The notes under the pieces were generated by a model, which saw only the letters and a program-made list of their open reading frames with translations, did not search any database and was not told the DNA's origin. This document shows, piece by piece, positions 37,696 to 47,735 of a DNA stretch of 64,000 bases. The stretch is taken from the NCBI GenBank assembly GCA_050259735.1, contig JBLNBE010000066.1:33060-97059 (forward strand). The letters run 5' to 3'. Source of the stretch: Bacteroidota bacterium (GTDB lineage Bacteria > Pseudomonadota > Alphaproteobacteria > Rhodospirillales > Magnetospirillaceae). The first letter of the stretch is position 1; each line of letters starts with the position of its first letter. A program made the position numbers and the translations under genes.

Positions 37696-38805
37696 ATGAG
37701 GCCGTTGGATACTTGCCCCGGGCCGGACCTTCCCGCCCCCGCCCCCTTGATCAGCGTCGACCGCGCCATCGCCGAATTGCGACGTGGCGGCGTGGTTGCG
37801 GTGCGGGGCGCCGATGGCGTCGTGGTGCATGCCCTGGCCGCCGAAGCGGCCACTCCCGATCGCCTGGCCGCCCTGGCGGCCCGTGGCGCGGTGGCGCTGG
37901 CGGTGACCGGGCGGCGCACCCAGGTGCTGGGCTTGGGCGGCGACGGTGGCGGCGCGGTCCGCCTGTACGCCGAAACCGGCCTGACCGCCGATCTGGTGGC
38001 CTTGCTGGCCGATCCCTGCCTTAGCGGCCCCCGGCCGGATTTGGCGGCGGTGCGCGCCCAGCCCGCCCTGGCCGATGGCGCGGTGGCGCAGGGGGTGGCG
38101 CTGGCCAAGCTGGCGCGGCTGTTGCCGGCGGTGGTGGTGGTGGAGAACCCGGCGATCGCCGCCGATCAGGTCCAGGTCGCCGCCGCCGATATCGCCGCCT
38201 ATCAGGTCAACGCCGCCCGCAGCCTGCGGTTGGTGTCGCAGGCCCGGGTGCCGCTGGCGACGGCGGAAAACGCCCGCATCATCGCCTTTCGTCCCGCCGA
38301 CGGCGGCATCGAGCATCTGGCCATCGTCATCGGTGAACCCGATCTGGACCAGCCGGTGCTGACCCGGCTGCATTCGGAATGCTTCACCGGCGACCTGCTG
38401 GGCAGCTTGCGCTGCGATTGCGGCGACCAGTTGAAGGGCGCCATCGCCGAGATCGCCCAGGCCGGCAGCGGTGTGCTGCTGTATCTGGCCCAGGAAGGGC
38501 GCGGCATCGGCCTGGTCAACAAGCTGCGCGCCTACCAATTGCAGGACGACGGTTTCGACACCCTGGACGCCAACCTGCAACTGGGCTTCGACGACGACGA
38601 GCGTATCTACCAGCCGGCAGCGCAGATGTTGCGGCTGCTGGGCATCGCCGCGGTGCGGCTGCTGACCAACAACCCGCTCAAGGTCGACCAGCTTGCCGCC
38701 CATGGCATCCGGGTGGCCGAGCGGGTGCCGCACGTCTTTCCCGCCAACGACCATAACCGGTCTTATCTGTCCACCAAGGCGACCCGGGGCGGCCATCTTT
38801 TCTAG
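37696..38805 (+). CDS. ribA: GTP cyclohydrolase II (RibA) with degenerate RibB-like N-terminal domain
   Basis: C-terminal half RLHSECFTGDLLGSLRCDCGDQL, YLAQEGRGIGLVNKLRAY, DTLDANLQLGF, RLLTNNP. Alternative ATG at 37663. Confidence 0.85.
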   Translation: MRPLDTCPGPDLPAPAPLISVDRAIAELRRGGVVAVRGADGVVVHALAAEAATPDRLAALAARGAVALAVTGRRTQVLGLGGDGGGAVRLYAETGLTADLVALLADPCLSGPRPDLAAVRAQPALADGAVAQGVALAKLARLLPAVVVVENPAIAADQVQVAAADIAAYQVNAARSLRLVSQARVPLATAENARIIAFRPADGGIEHLAIVIGEPDLDQPVLTRLHSECFTGDLLGSLRCDCGDQLKGAIAEIAQAGSGVLLYLAQEGRGIGLVNKLRAYQLQDDGFDTLDANLQLGFDDDERIYQPAAQMLRLLGIAAVRLLTNNPLKVDQLAAHGIRVAERVPHVFPANDHNRSYLSTKATRGGHLF

Positions 38806-38928
38806 GCGGCCGGCACTTTCTGCCGGTCCGGCGGCCGGGATCGCGGCGCGGACTCCAGGGAAATCCTGGATTCTCAATCTGGCATCACCCTTGCAGAGAT
38901 AACGCTAAGCCCGTCTCGCAGGTGAACC

Positions 38929-39975
38929 ATGAGCGTCTCCGCCGTCGCCCCGACCCCGTTCTACCAGGACCCTGAGCGTCTGCCCATCGGCCTGCCCCAG
39001 GCGTCGAGCGGCGACAAGGCCGATGGTGCCGCCCAATCGGACGGCAAGCGTCTGTCCATGTTCGCCGAGGGCGACGACTCGCCCAGCTTCTGGGATCTGC
39101 TCGACGTCATCAATCCGCTGCAGCACATTCCCGTCGTCAGCGACATCTACCGCGACATGACCGGCGACAAGATCGGCGTCGGCGCCCGCCTGGTCGGCGG
39201 CACCCTGTTCGGCGGCCCCATCGGCCTGATCGCCTCGGCGGTGGATTGCGTGGTCGAGGAAAGCACCGGCAAGGATACCGGCGAACATGTGCTGGCACTG
39301 TTCCGCGACGAAGGCCAAAGCTCTCCCGGCGACGCGCCGGCCAGCCAGTTCGCCCAGGCGCCGGCGAACGACACGTCGGCCGCCCCCGCCGCCGCCGCCA
39401 ACGCCGTCTCCTCCTCTCCGGCCGCGGCGGAAGCCGCGCCGGTGTTCGCCCTGCCCGACGGTCAGGTCACCGGGGCCAGCCAGCCCATGGTGTTCAGCCT
39501 TGATGGTGTTCAGCCCGGCGGGGCGCAGGTGGCCGCGAATATCGATGCGAACGCGGCGCTGGCCCAGGCTCAGGCGCAAGTCCAGGCCCAAGAGCGGGCG
39601 CAGGCCCAGGCCATGGCCGCTGGCAAGCCGCTGCCGCTGGTGGCCGCCAGCACCAAGGGATTCATGCCGGTGCCGCCGCGCGCCGCCCCCGGCGAGATCA
39701 AGGCGCCGCCGCAGATCACGGTGCCGGTGTCCAACAGCACCGCGCGCTCGAACATGCCGGTCACCGGCCGTCCGTCGCAGAACGCCAGCGCGATCGCCAG
39801 CGCACCGCGCGCCCCGGTCAGCCAGGAAAGCCTGCCGGGACAGGCGGCCGGTCAGACCGCGTCGTCGCCCGATTGGTTCAGTGCCGCCTGGGGGCAGGCG
39901 CTGGACAAGTACGAGCGCGCCAACCAGCGCAACGCCAAGCCCACCACCGGCACCACGACCTCGACCCTGGAATAA
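38929..39975 (+). CDS. Hypothetical protein, ordered N-terminal ~110 aa plus Ala/Pro/Gln-rich low-complexity remainder
   Basis: 348-aa ORF with GC-rich third codon positions, like its neighbours. No recognisable family. Contains AQAQAQVQAQERAQAQA. Confidence 0.55.
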   Translation: MSVSAVAPTPFYQDPERLPIGLPQASSGDKADGAAQSDGKRLSMFAEGDDSPSFWDLLDVINPLQHIPVVSDIYRDMTGDKIGVGARLVGGTLFGGPIGLIASAVDCVVEESTGKDTGEHVLALFRDEGQSSPGDAPASQFAQAPANDTSAAPAAAANAVSSSPAAAEAAPVFALPDGQVTGASQPMVFSLDGVQPGGAQVAANIDANAALAQAQAQVQAQERAQAQAMAAGKPLPLVAASTKGFMPVPPRAAPGEIKAPPQITVPVSNSTARSNMPVTGRPSQNASAIASAPRAPVSQESLPGQAAGQTASSPDWFSAAWGQALDKYERANQRNAKPTTGTTTSTLE

Positions 39976-39979
39976 GGGG

Positions 39980-40669
39980 TCAGCCCGCAGCGTAATCGCG
40001 CGCGCCGAAGATGGCGGAGCCGACTCGTACATGGGTGGCCCCCTCGGCGATGGCGGCGGCATAGTCGCCGCTCATGCCCATGCTCAGGACCGCCAGCCCG
40101 TTGCGCGCCGCCGCCTCGGCCAGCATGCGGAAATGCGGCGCCGGGGCCTGGTCGACCGGCGGAATGCACATCAACCCGATCACCGGCAGCTTGTATTCCT
40201 CGCGGCACAGCTTCAGCATGGCGTCGATGGAGTCGGGGTGCAGGCCGGCCTTCTGCGGCTCCAGCCCGGTGTTGACCTGCAGCAGGCAGGGCACGCTGCG
40301 GCCGGTGCGCTCCATTTCGTCGGCCAGGGCGCGCGCCAGCTTGGGGCGGTCGACCGTTTCGATAACGTCGAACAACGCCACCGCGTCGCGCACCTTGTTG
40401 GTCTGCAGCGGCCCGATCAGGTGCAGTTCCACGTCGGTGAAATCTTCCTTGAGGCGCGGCCATTTGTCGCGCGCCTCTTGCACCCGGTTTTCGCCGAATA
40501 TCCGTTGCCCGGCCAGCAGCGCCGGGCGGATCGCCTCGGCATCGTGGGTCTTGGACACCGCCACCAGGGTGACGGCGCCCTCGTCCCGGCCGGCGACGGC
40601 GGTGGCGGCGGCGATGCGTTGCTTGACAGTGGCGAGAGCCTGGGGAATGTCGGACAAGATGAAATCCAC
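39980..40669 (-). CDS. yggS: YggS-family pyridoxal-phosphate homeostasis protein
   Basis: VTLVAVSKTH (PLP lysine), IFGENRVQE, LHLIGPLQTNK, LSMGMSGDY, VRVGSAIFG. Confidence 0.9.
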   Translation of the reverse strand: MDFILSDIPQALATVKQRIAAATAVAGRDEGAVTLVAVSKTHDAEAIRPALLAGQRIFGENRVQEARDKWPRLKEDFTDVELHLIGPLQTNKVRDAVALFDVIETVDRPKLARALADEMERTGRSVPCLLQVNTGLEPQKAGLHPDSIDAMLKLCREEYKLPVIGLMCIPPVDQAPAPHFRMLAEAAARNGLAVLSMGMSGDYAAAIAEGATHVRVGSAIFGARDYAAG

Positions 40670-40687
40670 ACTGATGAAAATGGCGCC

Positions 40688-41281
40688 ATGACCCTAGCAA
40701 ACCTGGACCGGCGGCAAAAGCGTGGTGGGCGGCTGCCACGCCTGATCCTGGTGACAGACGAGGTGCGGTTGGCCGATCCGCTGCCAGCGATGCGGCGTTT
40801 GCCGCCCGGTGCCGGCGTGCTGCTGCGCCATTACGGCGTGGCCGGCCGTCCCGCCCTGGCACGGCAACTGGCCCAGGTGGCGCGGCGGCGGCGGTTGGTG
40901 CTGCTGGTGGCGGGGGCGGATTGGCGTCTGGCGGCGGCTGTCGGCGCGGCGGGCGTTCACCTGCCGGAAGCGCTGGCGCGGCAACTGGCCGATCCCGGCT
41001 TGCGGCTGTGGCAACGGCGCGGCCACGTGCTGAGCATCGCCTGCCATGACCGGGTGGCGTTGGCGCGGGCGCGGGCGCAGGGCGCCGATGCCGCCGTGCT
41101 GTCGCCGGTGTTTCCCACCGCCAGCCATCCCGGCGCGCCGGTGCTGGGGGCCATTCGCTTCGCCCTGTGGGCGGGCGGCGCCGGCCTGCCGGTGGTGGCG
41201 CTGGGCGGGGTCAACCGCCACACGGCCAAGGCGCTGCGCCACGCGGCGGGCATGGCCGCCATCGGCGGTTTCTCTGTCTGA
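40688..41281 (+). CDS. Thiamine-phosphate synthase (ThiE)-like protein
   Basis: From ATG 40688. LILVTDE, GVHLPE, SCH-like SIACHD, GADAAVLSPVFPT and ALGGV follow the TMP-TENI pattern. Divergent from yggS with an 18-nt spacer. Confidence 0.7.
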   Translation: MTLANLDRRQKRGGRLPRLILVTDEVRLADPLPAMRRLPPGAGVLLRHYGVAGRPALARQLAQVARRRRLVLLVAGADWRLAAAVGAAGVHLPEALARQLADPGLRLWQRRGHVLSIACHDRVALARARAQGADAAVLSPVFPTASHPGAPVLGAIRFALWAGGAGLPVVALGGVNRHTAKALRHAAGMAAIGGFSV

Positions 41282-41287
41282 CAAAAG

Positions 41288-41313
41288 AAAAGGGCGGCCG
41301 AAGCCGCCCTTTC
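41288..41313. terminator. Bidirectional intrinsic terminator between thiE-like and porin genes
   Basis: AAAAGGGCGGC-cgaa-GCCGCCCTTTCC. 8-9 bp GC stem flanked by an A-run and TTT. Confidence 0.6.
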
Positions 41314-41337
41314 CCCAACGCTTTCGCGTGGCTTCGA

Positions 41338-42477
41338 TTAGAAGGCCAGCGACAGACCGGTCATGACAGCCCAGCCCTTGTTCTCGTTCTGAGCCAGGCC
41401 AGTGGCGCTCTCGAACTCGGCGTGGCCGACCGAGGCCAGGGCGTCGACGCCGGCGCCCAGCGAGTACTTGCCCGACACCTGATAGGCGGTGAACTTGTCG
41501 TCGCCGCTGGCGGCAGCCGAAGCCGCGGTCTGCTCCAGGTAGATGAAGCTGATGGCATACGGACCCGAGGCGTACTGGATGCCCGCATCCCAACCATGGC
41601 CCTGGGCGGCGCCGGTCTGGCCGTTCAGGTTGGCGTTGGAATTGACCTGACGCAGCGAGCCACCGACGGTGAAGCCGGCATAGCTGATCTGGGTGCCGGT
41701 CGAGTACTCATTGACCTTCGAGCGGCCATCGGCCAGACCCAGGCCGTGGGCGTTCACGTCATAGGTGACCCAGCCGCCCGAAACCTTCAGATCCACGGCG
41801 CCAAAGGTCTTGGCATACAGGCCGCCGACACCATAGGCCTCGCCGGCAACGGTGGCGTTGTCGTTCAGGCGGACGGTGTTGCGGGTGTCTTCGCGACCGA
41901 CGTTCGGCACGTAGGAGGCACCCAGGGTCAGGCCGTAGAACGACGGCGCGACATAGGTGATCTTCTCGGAGTTGTCGTCGGTGTCGATCGAGGTGGTGAA
42001 GCGGGTGATGGCGCTGTTCTGCGGACGGACGATGGCGAAGCCACCGGTCAGGATGCCGTCGGAATCGTTGTTGCCGGCGGCGTCGGGGGCGTAGACGTGC
42101 AGCAGGGCGGTGCCGTTGGCTTCCGAACCCAGGATCACCTTACCGAAACCGGATTCCAGGTAGACCGAGGACTTGTCGATCGGGTCCGAGGTCTGGTCGG
42201 TGTGGCCACCGGCTTCCAGCTCGACGTTGATGCCGACCTTCATGCCGTTGTCGAGGGTGGTCGAACCGCCGAAGAAGACTTCGTTGTCGCCCTTGACGTC
42301 GACGTTGTTGTAGTCGCTCTGGGTGGCGTTCTGGAACTTGTTTTCCTGCCACTGACCAACGACCCACCACTTGGAATAGCCGCCCAGCTCCAGCTTGATC
42401 TTTTCGGAAGCCGACGCGGCGCCCGAGAACATGGTCGCGGCGACCAGCGCGGTGCTGGCGATAAGAACCTTCTTCAT
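41338..42477 (-). CDS. Outer-membrane general porin
   Basis: Signal peptide MKKVLIASTALVAATMFSGAASA. Alternating beta-strand pattern rich in Gly/Tyr/Asn. C-terminal GLSLAF ends in Phe. Confidence 0.85.
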   Translation of the reverse strand: MKKVLIASTALVAATMFSGAASASEKIKLELGGYSKWWVVGQWQENKFQNATQSDYNNVDVKGDNEVFFGGSTTLDNGMKVGINVELEAGGHTDQTSDPIDKSSVYLESGFGKVILGSEANGTALLHVYAPDAAGNNDSDGILTGGFAIVRPQNSAITRFTTSIDTDDNSEKITYVAPSFYGLTLGASYVPNVGREDTRNTVRLNDNATVAGEAYGVGGLYAKTFGAVDLKVSGGWVTYDVNAHGLGLADGRSKVNEYSTGTQISYAGFTVGGSLRQVNSNANLNGQTGAAQGHGWDAGIQYASGPYAISFIYLEQTAASAAASGDDKFTAYQVSGKYSLGAGVDALASVGHAEFESATGLAQNENKGWAVMTGLSLAF

Positions 42478-42775
42478 TTGATACCCCTCGTGCCTCGATG
42501 ACGAAAAAAGCGGCGTTATCTCTTCCGCCTAATTTCGATGCATCGTACGGAACTGCCCGAAAGCGATCAATCGCTTGCTTGCGGCTGGGAACGCTTCGCA
42601 TCTGGGTGTGGCAAATAAGCCACAACGCCACCGGGCGAAAGGCATAAAACCAAAGATATCAGTTGGTTACTTTAGTTCAGGCGGGGCTGAAATCGGGCTG
42701 GAATCACCAGTGCGGTTTTGCCGCAAAACTGGGCGGACCGCCTTTCGGCGGCAATGCAGTTTGGTTGTTCCCGTA

Positions 42776-43441
42776 TTACTCGAGCGCCTGCCGCAGGGCG
42801 GCGGCGGTGGCCCAGGGCGACAACGGCAGGGCGGCGGCGAGCAAGCCGCCCAGGATCAGCAGATGGGGCGTGGCGTCGCGGGCGCCGACGGCGGCGTCGA
42901 TGGCGCCGACACCAAAAATCAGCACCGGCACGTAAAGCGGCAGGATCAGCAACGACAGCAGCACGCCGCCGCGCCGGGCGCCCAGCACCAAAGCGGCGCC
43001 GATGCCGCCGATCAGCGACAGGATGGGGGTGCCGATCAACATGGTCAGCATCAAGGTGGCGAAGCCGTCGCCATTCATATGCAGCAGCACCGCCAGCACC
43101 GGGGCGGCCACCAGCAGCGGCAGGCCGGTGGTCAGCCAGTGGGCGCACACCTTGGCGATCACCACCACCTCCAGCGGCGTCGGCGTCAGCACCAGCAGCT
43201 CCAGCGAGCCATCCTCGTAATCGGTCTGGAACAGGCGGTCCAGCGACAACAGCGACGCCAGCAGCGCGGTGACCCACAGCACGCCGGCCGACACCCGCTC
43301 CAGCACGCCCGATTCCGGGCCGATGCCGAACGGGAACAACACCACGGTCAGCACGAAAAAGGTGACGACCATGATGCTGTCCGACCCCTGGCGCAGGGCC
43401 AGGCGCAAATCGCGGCGGACGACCTCGAGGAAACGGATCAT
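42776..43441 (-). CDS. ccmB: Heme exporter permease CcmB
   Basis: From ATG 43441. 6-TM protein with FQTDYEDGSLELL and LPLYVPVLIFG blocks. Overlaps the ccmA stop by 4 nt. Confidence 0.9.
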   Translation of the reverse strand: MIRFLEVVRRDLRLALRQGSDSIMVVTFFVLTVVLFPFGIGPESGVLERVSAGVLWVTALLASLLSLDRLFQTDYEDGSLELLVLTPTPLEVVVIAKVCAHWLTTGLPLLVAAPVLAVLLHMNGDGFATLMLTMLIGTPILSLIGGIGAALVLGARRGGVLLSLLILPLYVPVLIFGVGAIDAAVGARDATPHLLILGGLLAAALPLSPWATAAALRQALE

Positions 43442-44112
43442 TCCTCGCCCTCTTCCCAGGTGTCGGGCGCGAACCGGTCCAGATGCAGCTCGCGCGCGCC
43501 CGGCAGGTCGACGTCCTGATGGGTGGACAGCACCACCATGCCGCCGGCGGCGCGGTGTTCGGCCATCACCGCCTCCAGCACCTTGATCGAGCCTTTGTCC
43601 AGCGCCGTGGTCGGTTCGTCCAGCAGCCACAGCGGACTGGGCGCCGCCAGCAGGCGGGCCAGGTTGGTGCGGCGCTTCTGGCCCGCCGACAGCATCTTGC
43701 CGGGGACGTCGCGCAGATGGGACAGGGCGAAACGCTCCAGCGCGGTGTCGACGGCGCGGGCGGCGGTGGCGGCGTGCGGCTCGTGCAGGCGCGCCCAGAA
43801 GCGCAGGTTCTCGGCCACGCTCAGCACCGGCTTGATGGCGTCGTGGTGGCCGACGTAATGGGTGCGCGCCGCATGGGCCTCGGCATCCTCGCCGGCGGGG
43901 GTTTCGCCCCACAGCACCTGCCCGACGGTGGGGCGCAGCAATCCGGCCATGACCCGCAACAGGCTGGACTTGCCCGAGCCGTTGGGTCCCAGCAGCACCA
44001 GCGCGTCACCCGGGGCGACAAAGAAATCCAGTCCGGCGAACACCGCCCGGCCGCCGCGAATGCAGCCCAGGGATCGCCCGATGAACGGAGGAGGAGCAGG
44101 ATGGAAAGCCAT
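43438..44112 (-). CDS. ccmA: Heme ABC exporter ATP-binding protein CcmA
   Basis: Walker A GPNGSGKSSLLR, signature LSAGQKRR, Walker B LWLLDEP, H-loop STH. Confidence 0.9.
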   Translation of the reverse strand: MAFHPAPPPFIGRSLGCIRGGRAVFAGLDFFVAPGDALVLLGPNGSGKSSLLRVMAGLLRPTVGQVLWGETPAGEDAEAHAARTHYVGHHDAIKPVLSVAENLRFWARLHEPHAATAARAVDTALERFALSHLRDVPGKMLSAGQKRRTNLARLLAAPSPLWLLDEPTTALDKGSIKVLEAVMAEHRAAGGMVVLSTHQDVDLPGARELHLDRFAPDTWEEGEE

Positions 44113-44179
44113 GCAGGCTGTATGGCAGAAAAGCGATACTGGCGGAAGTGATGAACATCAAGCCATCGGAGAGAGCGCT

Positions 44180-44566
44180 ATGCGGATCGCCCATATCGCC
44201 CTGTGGGCCGCCGATCTCGACGGATTGCGGCTGTTTTACCAGACCTATTTCGGCGCCCGTTGCGACGGCGACAAATACGTCAACCCGGCCAAGGGTTTCG
44301 CGTCCACCTTCCTCAGCTTCGCCGACGGCGCCCGGCTGGAGCTGATGAGCCGCAGCGATGTCGGTCCGCGCCCGCCCGGCGGCGAGTGTGTCGGCCTCGC
44401 CCACCTCGCCTTCGCCACCGGCTCGATTGCCGCGGTGGACGCGCTGACCCGCCGGCTGGAAGCCGACGGCTATCGGCGCCTGGATGGCCCGCGCCGCACC
44501 GGCGACGGCTATTATGAAAGCGTGGTGCTGGACCCCGAGGGCAACCGTATCGAGATCACGATCTGA
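44180..44566 (+). CDS. VOC/glyoxalase-family protein
   Basis: 128 aa. MRIAHIALWAADLDGLRLFY...GLAHLAF...ESVVLDPEGNRIEI. Start coordinate derived from track ORF arithmetic. Confidence 0.8.
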   Translation: MRIAHIALWAADLDGLRLFYQTYFGARCDGDKYVNPAKGFASTFLSFADGARLELMSRSDVGPRPPGGECVGLAHLAFATGSIAAVDALTRRLEADGYRRLDGPRRTGDGYYESVVLDPEGNRIEITI

Positions 44567-44884
44567 GCACAAAAGGAAACGGCCGGCGCGAGGGGGGGGG
44601 AGTCGCGCCGGCCGCCGAATGACCCGATGCGCACGGCCGGGAAGTTCCGGGGGGGATCAGCCGTGGCAAGGAGGGGGGTCCTTCTGTACCGCCTAGCAAG
44701 CCTGCCAAATGTGGCGAATTTATGGGGTGATCGGGGTGGGGTGGGTGGTAGCTTCCCCGCCCGAACGGATAGTGAGTGCTGGACTCGCGCTCGATTTTGT
44801 GGTGTAAGCGCAGGCGCATCCGGTTCTTTCGTCCTGACCGACGACGGGGCTGGGTAATCGCTTCCCCATTCAGCCCTGCGGAGG

Positions 44885-47476
44885 ATGTCCGTGCTTGAAG
44901 CCTATCGCCAGCATGTCGCCGAGCGTGCCGCCCTCGGGATTCCCCCCCTGCCGCTCTCTGCCAAGCAGACCGAAGAGCTGATCGCGCTCTTGCAGAACCC
45001 GCCCAAGGGCGAGGAAAAGGCTCTGGTCGAGCTGCTCACCTATCGCGTTCCCGCCGGCGTTGACGACGCCGCCAAGGTCAAGGCCGCCTATCTGGCCGAC
45101 GTGGCCAAGGGCACCGTCAAGTCGCCGCTGATCGACCGTGCCAAGGCCGTCGAACTGCTGGGCACCATGCTGGGCGGCTTCAACATCAAGCCGATGATCG
45201 AACTGCTGGGCGACGCCGAAATCGGCACCGTCGCCGCCGAGGGCCTGAAGAAGACCCTGCTGGTGTTCGATTACTTCCACGACGTCAAGGAACTGGCCGA
45301 CAAGGGCAACGCCAATGCCCGCGCGGTGGTGCAGTCCTGGGCCGACGCCGAGTGGTTCACCTCGCGTCCCGAAGTGCCGAAGTCGCTGACCGTCACCATC
45401 TTCAAGGTGACCGGCGAGACCAACACCGACGACCTGTCGCCGGCCCCCGACGCCTGGAGCCGCCCCGACATCCCGCTGCATGCCCTGGCCATGCTGAAGA
45501 ACCCGCGCCCCGGCATCGAGCCGGAAGAGGCCGGCGTTCGCGGTCCGGTCAAGTTCCTGGAAGACCTGCGCGCCAAGGGCAACCTGGTCGCCTATGTGGG
45601 CGACGTCGTCGGCACCGGCTCCAGCCGCAAGTCTGCCACCAACTCGGTGCTGTGGTTCACCGGCGAGGACATCCCGTTCGTGCCGAACAAGCGCTTCGGC
45701 GGCGTCTGCCTGGGCACCAAGATCGCCCCCATCTTCTACAACACCATGGAAGATGCCGGCGCCCTGCCGATCGAACTGGACGTCGGCCAGATGAACATGG
45801 GCGACGTGGTCGAGCTGCGTCCCTATGAGGGCAAGGCGCTGAAGGACGGCAAGGTCATCGCCGAATTCACCGTCAAGTCCGACGTGATCTTCGACGAAGT
45901 GCGCGCCGGCGGCCGCATTCCGCTGATCATCGGCCGTGGCCTGACCGCCAAGGCGCGCGAGGCCCTGGGCCTGCCCGCCAGCACCCTGTTCCGCCTGCCC
46001 GGCGTGCCCGCCGACACCGGCAAGGGCTTCAGCCTCGCCCAGAAGATGGTCGGCCGCGCCTGTGGCCTGCCCGAGGGCAAGGGCGTGCGCCCCGGCACCT
46101 ATTGCGAACCCAAGATGACCACCGTGGGGTCGCAGGACACCACCGGCCCGATGACCCGCGACGAGCTGAAGGACCTGGCCTGCCTGGGCTTCTCGGCCGA
46201 TCTGGTCATGCAGTCGTTCTGCCACACCGCCGCCTACCCGAAGCTGGTGGACGTCAAGACCCACAAGGAATTGCCCGCCTTCATCAGCACCCGTGGCGGC
46301 ATCGCGCTGCGTCCGGGCGACGGCGTCATCCATTCGTGGCTGAACCGCCTGCTGCTGCCCGATACCGTGGGCACCGGCGGCGACAGCCACACCCGCTTCC
46401 CCATCGGCATCTCGTTCCCGGCCGGTTCGGGCCTGGTCGCCTTTGCCGCCGCCACCGGCGTCATGCCGCTGGACATGCCGGAATCGGTGCTGGTGCGCTT
46501 CAAGGGCAAGCTGCAGCCGGGCGTCACCCTGCGTGACCTGGTCAACGCCATCCCGCTGTACGCCATCCGCCAGGGCCTGCTGACGGTCGAGAAGAAGGGC
46601 AAGAAGAACATCTTCTCCGGCCGTATCCTCGAGATCGAGGGTCTGCCCGACCTTAAGGTCGAGCAGGCGTTCGAGCTGTCCGACGCCTCGGCCGAGCGTT
46701 CCGCCGCCGCCTGCACCGTGCGGCTGAACAAAGAGCCGATCATCGAGTACATGCGCTCGAACATCGTGCTGATGAAGTGGATGATCGCCAACGGCTACGA
46801 GGATGCCCGCACCCTCGGCCGCCGCATCAAGGCCATGGAAGCCTGGATCGCCAAGCCCGAGCTGCTGCAGCCCGACGCCGATGCCGATTACGCCGCCGTG
46901 ATCGAGATCGATCTGGCCGACGTCAAGGAACCGATCGTCGCCTGCCCGAACGATCCCGACGACGTCAAGCTGCTGAGCGAAGTGGCCGGCGACAAGATCG
47001 ACGAGGTCTTCATCGGCTCGTGCATGACCAATATCGGCCACTTCCGTGCCGCCGGTAAGGTTCTGGACGGCAAGTCGGACATTCCGACCCGTCTGTGGAT
47101 CGCGCCGCCGACCAAGATGGACGCCCTGATCCTGAACGAGGAAGGCTATTACAGCGTCCTCGGCAAGGCCGGCGCCCGCATGGAAATGCCCGGCTGCAGC
47201 TTGTGCATGGGCAACCAGGCCCAGGTCCGCAAGGGCAGCACCGCCATGTCCACCAGCACCCGCAACTTCCCCAACCGCTTGGGCATCGACACCCGCGTCT
47301 ATCTGGGTTCGGCCGAGCTGGCCTCGGTGTGCGCGCTGATGGGCAAGATCCCGACCCCGGCCGAGTACCTGGCCCAGGTCAGCGGCCTGGAAGCCAAGGC
47401 GGCCGACATCTACCGCTACATGAACTTCGACCAGATCGCCGCCTTCCGCGACATCGCCGACAAGGTCGCGGTCTAA
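44885..47476 (+). CDS. acnB: Aconitate hydratase B / 2-methylisocitrate dehydratase
   Basis: 863 aa. AcnB-specific N-terminal HEAT-like domain ([24 protein letters not shown]), swivel domain, Fe-S ligand contexts ([26 protein letters not shown]). Confidence 0.95.
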   Translation: MSVLEAYRQHVAERAALGIPPLPLSAKQTEELIALLQNPPKGEEKALVELLTYRVPAGVDDAAKVKAAYLADVAKGTVKSPLIDRAKAVELLGTMLGGFNIKPMIELLGDAEIGTVAAEGLKKTLLVFDYFHDVKELADKGNANARAVVQSWADAEWFTSRPEVPKSLTVTIFKVTGETNTDDLSPAPDAWSRPDIPLHALAMLKNPRPGIEPEEAGVRGPVKFLEDLRAKGNLVAYVGDVVGTGSSRKSATNSVLWFTGEDIPFVPNKRFGGVCLGTKIAPIFYNTMEDAGALPIELDVGQMNMGDVVELRPYEGKALKDGKVIAEFTVKSDVIFDEVRAGGRIPLIIGRGLTAKAREALGLPASTLFRLPGVPADTGKGFSLAQKMVGRACGLPEGKGVRPGTYCEPKMTTVGSQDTTGPMTRDELKDLACLGFSADLVMQSFCHTAAYPKLVDVKTHKELPAFISTRGGIALRPGDGVIHSWLNRLLLPDTVGTGGDSHTRFPIGISFPAGSGLVAFAAATGVMPLDMPESVLVRFKGKLQPGVTLRDLVNAIPLYAIRQGLLTVEKKGKKNIFSGRILEIEGLPDLKVEQAFELSDASAERSAAACTVRLNKEPIIEYMRSNIVLMKWMIANGYEDARTLGRRIKAMEAWIAKPELLQPDADADYAAVIEIDLADVKEPIVACPNDPDDVKLLSEVAGDKIDEVFIGSCMTNIGHFRAAGKVLDGKSDIPTRLWIAPPTKMDALILNEEGYYSVLGKAGARMEMPGCSLCMGNQAQVRKGSTAMSTSTRNFPNRLGIDTRVYLGSAELASVCALMGKIPTPAEYLAQVSGLEAKAADIYRYMNFDQIAAFRDIADKVAV

Positions 47477-47514
47477 GCGTTCAGATTATAAAAAGAAGAG
47501 CGCTCAAGCCTTCA

Positions 47515-47545
47515 CCCCCGCCGGGCAACCGGCGGGGGTTTTTTG
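47515..47545 (+). terminator. Intrinsic terminator after acnB
   Basis: CCCCCGCCGG-gcaa-CCGGCGGGGG (perfect 10-bp stem) followed by TTTTTTG. Confidence 0.85.
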
Positions 47546-47554
47546 TTTGGTTTC

Positions 47555-47641
47555 ACCACAGAGACACGGAGGCTCGCGGCGGAAAGGGAGGCATTTGCCG
47601 CCCGCACGACATCTCTGTGCCTCTGTGTCTCTGTGGTTCTC
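47555..47641. repeat. MITE/REP-like element, copy 2 (left arm eroded)
   Basis: The left arm keeps only ACCACAGAGACAC. The right arm plus flank (47613-47641) is identical over 29 nt to 33837-33865. Confidence 0.8.
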
Positions 47642-47735
47642 TTGTTCCTAACAACGGCCCGCCCAGGTTGCGCCGTAGCCGCAAGCTTCACCTCGTGTTA
47701 GGTTCGCTCGGCCGATCCCCAGTTTGGTTGCCGTC

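Noticed and set aside
44870-47041. 723-aa minus-strand ORF
   Set aside because: It is antisense to acnB.
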